DNA of 64,000 bases from Octopus vulgaris (lineage: Eukaryota), in contig OX597829.1 in NCBI GenBank assembly GCA_951406725.2, positions 53,754,001 through 53,818,000 of the forward strand, given 5' to 3'. How positions within the stretch are numbered: the first letter of the stretch is position 1; each line of letters begins with the position of its first letter. The notes under the pieces are model-generated. The model saw nothing but the letters and a program-made list of their open reading frames with translations, made no database searches and was not told the origin of the DNA. Below, one piece after another: positions 60,497-64,000 of this stretch. The translations under genes and the position numbers were made by a program.

Positions 60497-61516
60497 GTAT
60501 ATTAATATTGAGTTTTTAGATTGAGCCGAGTTTGGTTAATTTCGTGTCGTGCTGTTTTCTCATCATCTTTCATTTGACCAAGATTTGTTGATTTTCTAAT
60601 CTTTTTGATGTTTAAGAATGGATATTGATGTGTATGAATCTTTTCTCAAATGTAATTCTGGAGAATAGAAAAGGAAAATTTACCTTATTTTGTCTTACTC
60701 CTTTTGCTCCAGCTAATTTTTTTTCTTTTATATGCTCAAAAAGGACAATAATTTTCTGAAATGGTGTTCTGAATATGTAATAGTGTTTTTAATGCATTCA
60801 AAGACGGTAATTTCCTTAGCTGATATAGTTTTTTGTAAGGCGGTGAACATTTGTAAAAAATATTTTTTCTCAATCTCAAAAATGCAGTAAATATAATTCA
60901 TTGTGCCCTACCCCTTACCAAAAATTGCACCGAGTGACTCTCAACAGAATATACACAACAGAGATGACACGTGCCTTAGTAGACAATGGATATGTTAATC
61001 GCAATTAGTTCTTTACAGAAAATGTTATTAACAAAAGGGGAACTTGGATACGTAGGACGGTTACCATACAGTTTAGTGTCGTAAAATATTGAAAGTAATT
61101 ACCCTTAAAATAAATAAAAGTATTTTGCGATAGAAACCGGGTGTGACGACAGTGATATACCTAAATTTCAGGAAACACGTTTGTTATCTGATGGGTAAGG
61201 TTTCTTTTGCGAGTCTCGGCAACTTCTATACTCAGTTTTGGAGATCCAAATGACGACAGTATCCATAAAAGACTATAGAAGGGTGATGGATGCTCGCCAA
61301 GAAGAAAATTAGGCAACAATGTGGGAATACTGATGATTATTTTAACATCATATTTTCACGAGCATTTGTGGCGAAACAAATTTAGAGATCGCGAAAGACT
61401 AATTAAGAATCTCATTTCGTGCAACAATGACAGCTATGATTTCCCGTAAAAGTGATTCTTTGTTCTTATATAAATCATAAGTACGGTTTTTATGTTATAT
61501 TAAATATATATACATT

Positions 61517-61719
61517 TGTGGGTTTATCCTATATACAACACAACTGTACTTCGTAAAGGCGGGATGGGGGGCTTATCAAAGGGATCCTACATACAACACA
61601 ATTGTACTCCGTACAGGGGGACTTATCAAAGGGATAGCTACACAAAGTCTGTAGTACGTATCATTTTGACAATTCCTCTGTACGGAGTACAATTATGTTG
61701 TATGTAGGATGAACCCACG
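61517..61719. mobile_element. Short MITE-like inverted repeat with an internal tandem duplication
   Basis: GTGGGTTTATCCTATATACAAC... / ...GTTGTATGTAGGATGAACCCAC. Confidence 0.65.
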
Positions 61720-61735
61720 GGTTGACTATAAGGTT

Positions 61736-62063
61736 ATGGATGTAGTGTATCGCTGACGTTATGCTGATGGACGGTGCCAAAACATGACAACTACGTACAT
61801 TGGAGAGACTGCACGCAGCATAGGAGAGCGTATAGGTGCACATTGGCGAGAGCTCAGAGAAGAGAAAAGCTCGTCAGTTATCTACTAACATGCTCAGGCA
61901 GAACATGGAGGCTCAATTAATAGCATAGAGGTTAATGTATTATCGACGCATAGAAGTGACACGACACTCAGACAGATTACAGAGGCTACGCATAGCAGTA
62001 GATAGACCGAGCCTCAATAGAAAACACGAATGGAACAATAATACCTCCCACCACACCACATGA
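61736..62063 (+). pseudogene. Penelope-like element GIY-YIG endonuclease remnant
   Basis: DVVYR*RY...C...YIGETARSIGERIGAHW...*HAQAEH...LRQITEA(fs)I...PSLNRKHEW. Confidence 0.8.
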
Positions 62064-62669
62064 CTAAAGACAGATAGGAAGAAGAGAGAGAGAGAGAGAG
62101 AGAAAATAAATCGTAAATAACACACAGATACATACAGAGTAATACACACAATAGACATACATGCACTTACCCGTGATACATATTAGAAATAGAGAGAGAT
62201 AAATAAATAAATATATTTGTCACATACCTGTGACATGTAAAAAATAGAGATAGATAAAATATATAAATGTATAAATCTATATAAAAGGCACGGACACAGA
62301 CAACATACGAAGCGAACCCATACACACAAGAAATTTCACAAACGGCCACAACAATATCAACTACACGAATAACAACGACAGCAGCAGCGGCAGTGGCAAC
62401 GATGGCAATGACAACAACAACTACCATGATGGCAATACGCGAGGCGAACACAGAGGGATTCAGGAACTATACCAAATTTTCGGGTCTTAGGACAACAGCA
62501 GCACAATGGAGCTGAGGGGAAGGACATACTGCTGCTAAGAACAGTGACACACACACATACATACGCACGCACACAAACACGGATGCAAACGCATGCCCAC
62601 TTAAGGATATACATCATAGAAGAACAGAATGGAGTAAGTGGAGCAAGAGCACACGCAAAAACGAAAAGT

Positions 62670-62712
62670 GTCACTGAAGAGGTCACAGATGTGTGACGAA
62701 AGATTTCCGGAC
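62670..62712 (+). ncRNA. Hammerhead ribozyme-like motif downstream of the PLE endonuclease
   Basis: GUCA-CUGAAGA-G-GUCACA[GAUG]UGUGAC-GAAA-GAUU-UC-CGGAC. Confidence 0.62.
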
Positions 62713-62831
62713 GAGTTAAAATTAAGAAAAAAGAAGAACAGTAATGAATGAGTGAAGAACAAATATATATAGTGTGTGTTTATTTGGTACGTCATGAAAA
62801 CAAAAGTAAAAAAATAAAATTAATTTTTTTT

Positions 62832-63250
62832 GGATCTTTTCCTTTTGAACGGCATCTCGTAACATAATTTCTAGGTAACTAAAAAGTTTTAAACTTCGTA
62901 TACTGGTAGAATATGTTTATAAACATCATTTTCTCTTGGCTTTATTGAGAAAATTCTATAGGTTGTAACATATTTCGTCTAAAATTTCTTGCATTTCGGC
63001 AATTGTAACCAATCAATTACCTCCATTGACGTAAATAACATTCTGTGCATAATGAATATGTCCCTCGTTTAAGAAACAGATTAGGTTTATTTACATTTGT
63101 GAAGAACAAAGATACCCTTCCCTCACCCCTAACCCTAACCCTAACTCTAACTCTAACTCTAAATCTAAAATAGATTGAAATGCAATAGATCGATTCTAGG
63201 GTTATAATTATGGGTGACAATTTCATACGACACCGCTACGGGAAAATGGG
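62832..63250 (+). mobile_element. Repeat element with GGATCTT terminus and internal CCCTAA/CTCTAA units
   Basis: Homologous to the 56035-56226 reverse complement; CCCTAACCCTAA at about 63127-63165. Confidence 0.55.
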
Positions 63251-63327
63251 ATTTTTTTCTAGAAAGGGACACAGAAAAAACAAGGAGAGAAAAAAAATGT
63301 GTGTAGTGGCTAACGATCTATCATGGC

Positions 63328-63398
<71 letters not shown>

Positions 63399-63597
63399 TC
63401 TGTGTTTGTCCCCCCCTCCAATATCACTTGACAACCGATGCTGGTGTGTTTATGTCCCCGTAACTTAGCGCTTCGGCAAAAAAGACTGATAGAATAAGTA
63501 CTAGGTTTACAAAGAATAAGTCCTGGGCTTGATTTGCTCGACTGAAGGCGGTGCTCCAGCATAGCCGCAGTCAAATGACTGAAACAAGTAAAAGAGA
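63328..63597 (+). mobile_element. SINE family 2, 3' half
   Basis: TGTGTCTGTGTTTGTCCCCC...GTCAAATGACTGAAACAAGTAAAAG. Confidence 0.85.
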
Positions 63598-64000
63598 GAG
63601 ATTCAACAACACGTTTAATCCTTTCACTTTTGATGTTTATTAATTTTTCATTTCTTTTTAATCGAGGGTTAAGTAATTTTTTAGTTGTGGGGAGATAACC
63701 CAATTTTTTAATGGGGTGAGATAACCAAAAAGTACCCAAATTTCTATCGAGAATTACGTTTGCTTCGACAAATTCACTCGCATTCACACATATAATTAAA
63801 TATATATGAAATTAAATGTGACACTCTTTTGTTTTCACCTAACATATATACACGTTCAATTTTTCTTTCTTTCATTTTAGTCCATGCTTGCCTTTTCTGA
63901 GACTTTTTCCAAGCAAAGGATAACACATTCAGCCACGCGCGCGCGTATGCACGAACGCATACGCAAATGTATACGCATCACATGCATCGATGTATGTGTA

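Noticed and set aside
61754-61756. In-frame TGA in the PLE endonuclease as selenocysteine
   Set aside because: It does not occupy an evident Cys position, and the same frame has a TAA and a frameshift, indicating decay.

Overview
AT-rich, repeat-dense animal genomic DNA. The SINE, RTE-LINE and microsatellite families look like those of an octopod cephalopod (inference from repeat families). The only supportable host gene is a complete 7-exon Rab1 GTPase on the minus strand (CDS 25325->17616, 618 nt, 205 aa, C-terminal GGCC). The rest is a mosaic of tRNA-headed SINEs, RTE LINE fragments, a young R4/Dong-type element in a (TAA)n tract, Tc1, mariner and hAT remnants, TTAA-flanked MITEs, two Penelope-type GIY-YIG remnants and microsatellites. 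The main unexpected signal is a dispersed set of hammerhead-ribozyme-like motifs from about seven unrelated repeat families, most with a self-complementary stem III. One sits downstream of a tRNA-like head in a head-to-head dimer flanked by a 13-bp target-site duplication. This suggests Pol III-headed, ribozyme-carrying non-autonomous elements mobilised by Penelope-like retroelements. All coordinates were read by eye: Rab1 exon boundaries were checked base by base, repeat boundaries are approximate, and no database search or folding program was run.
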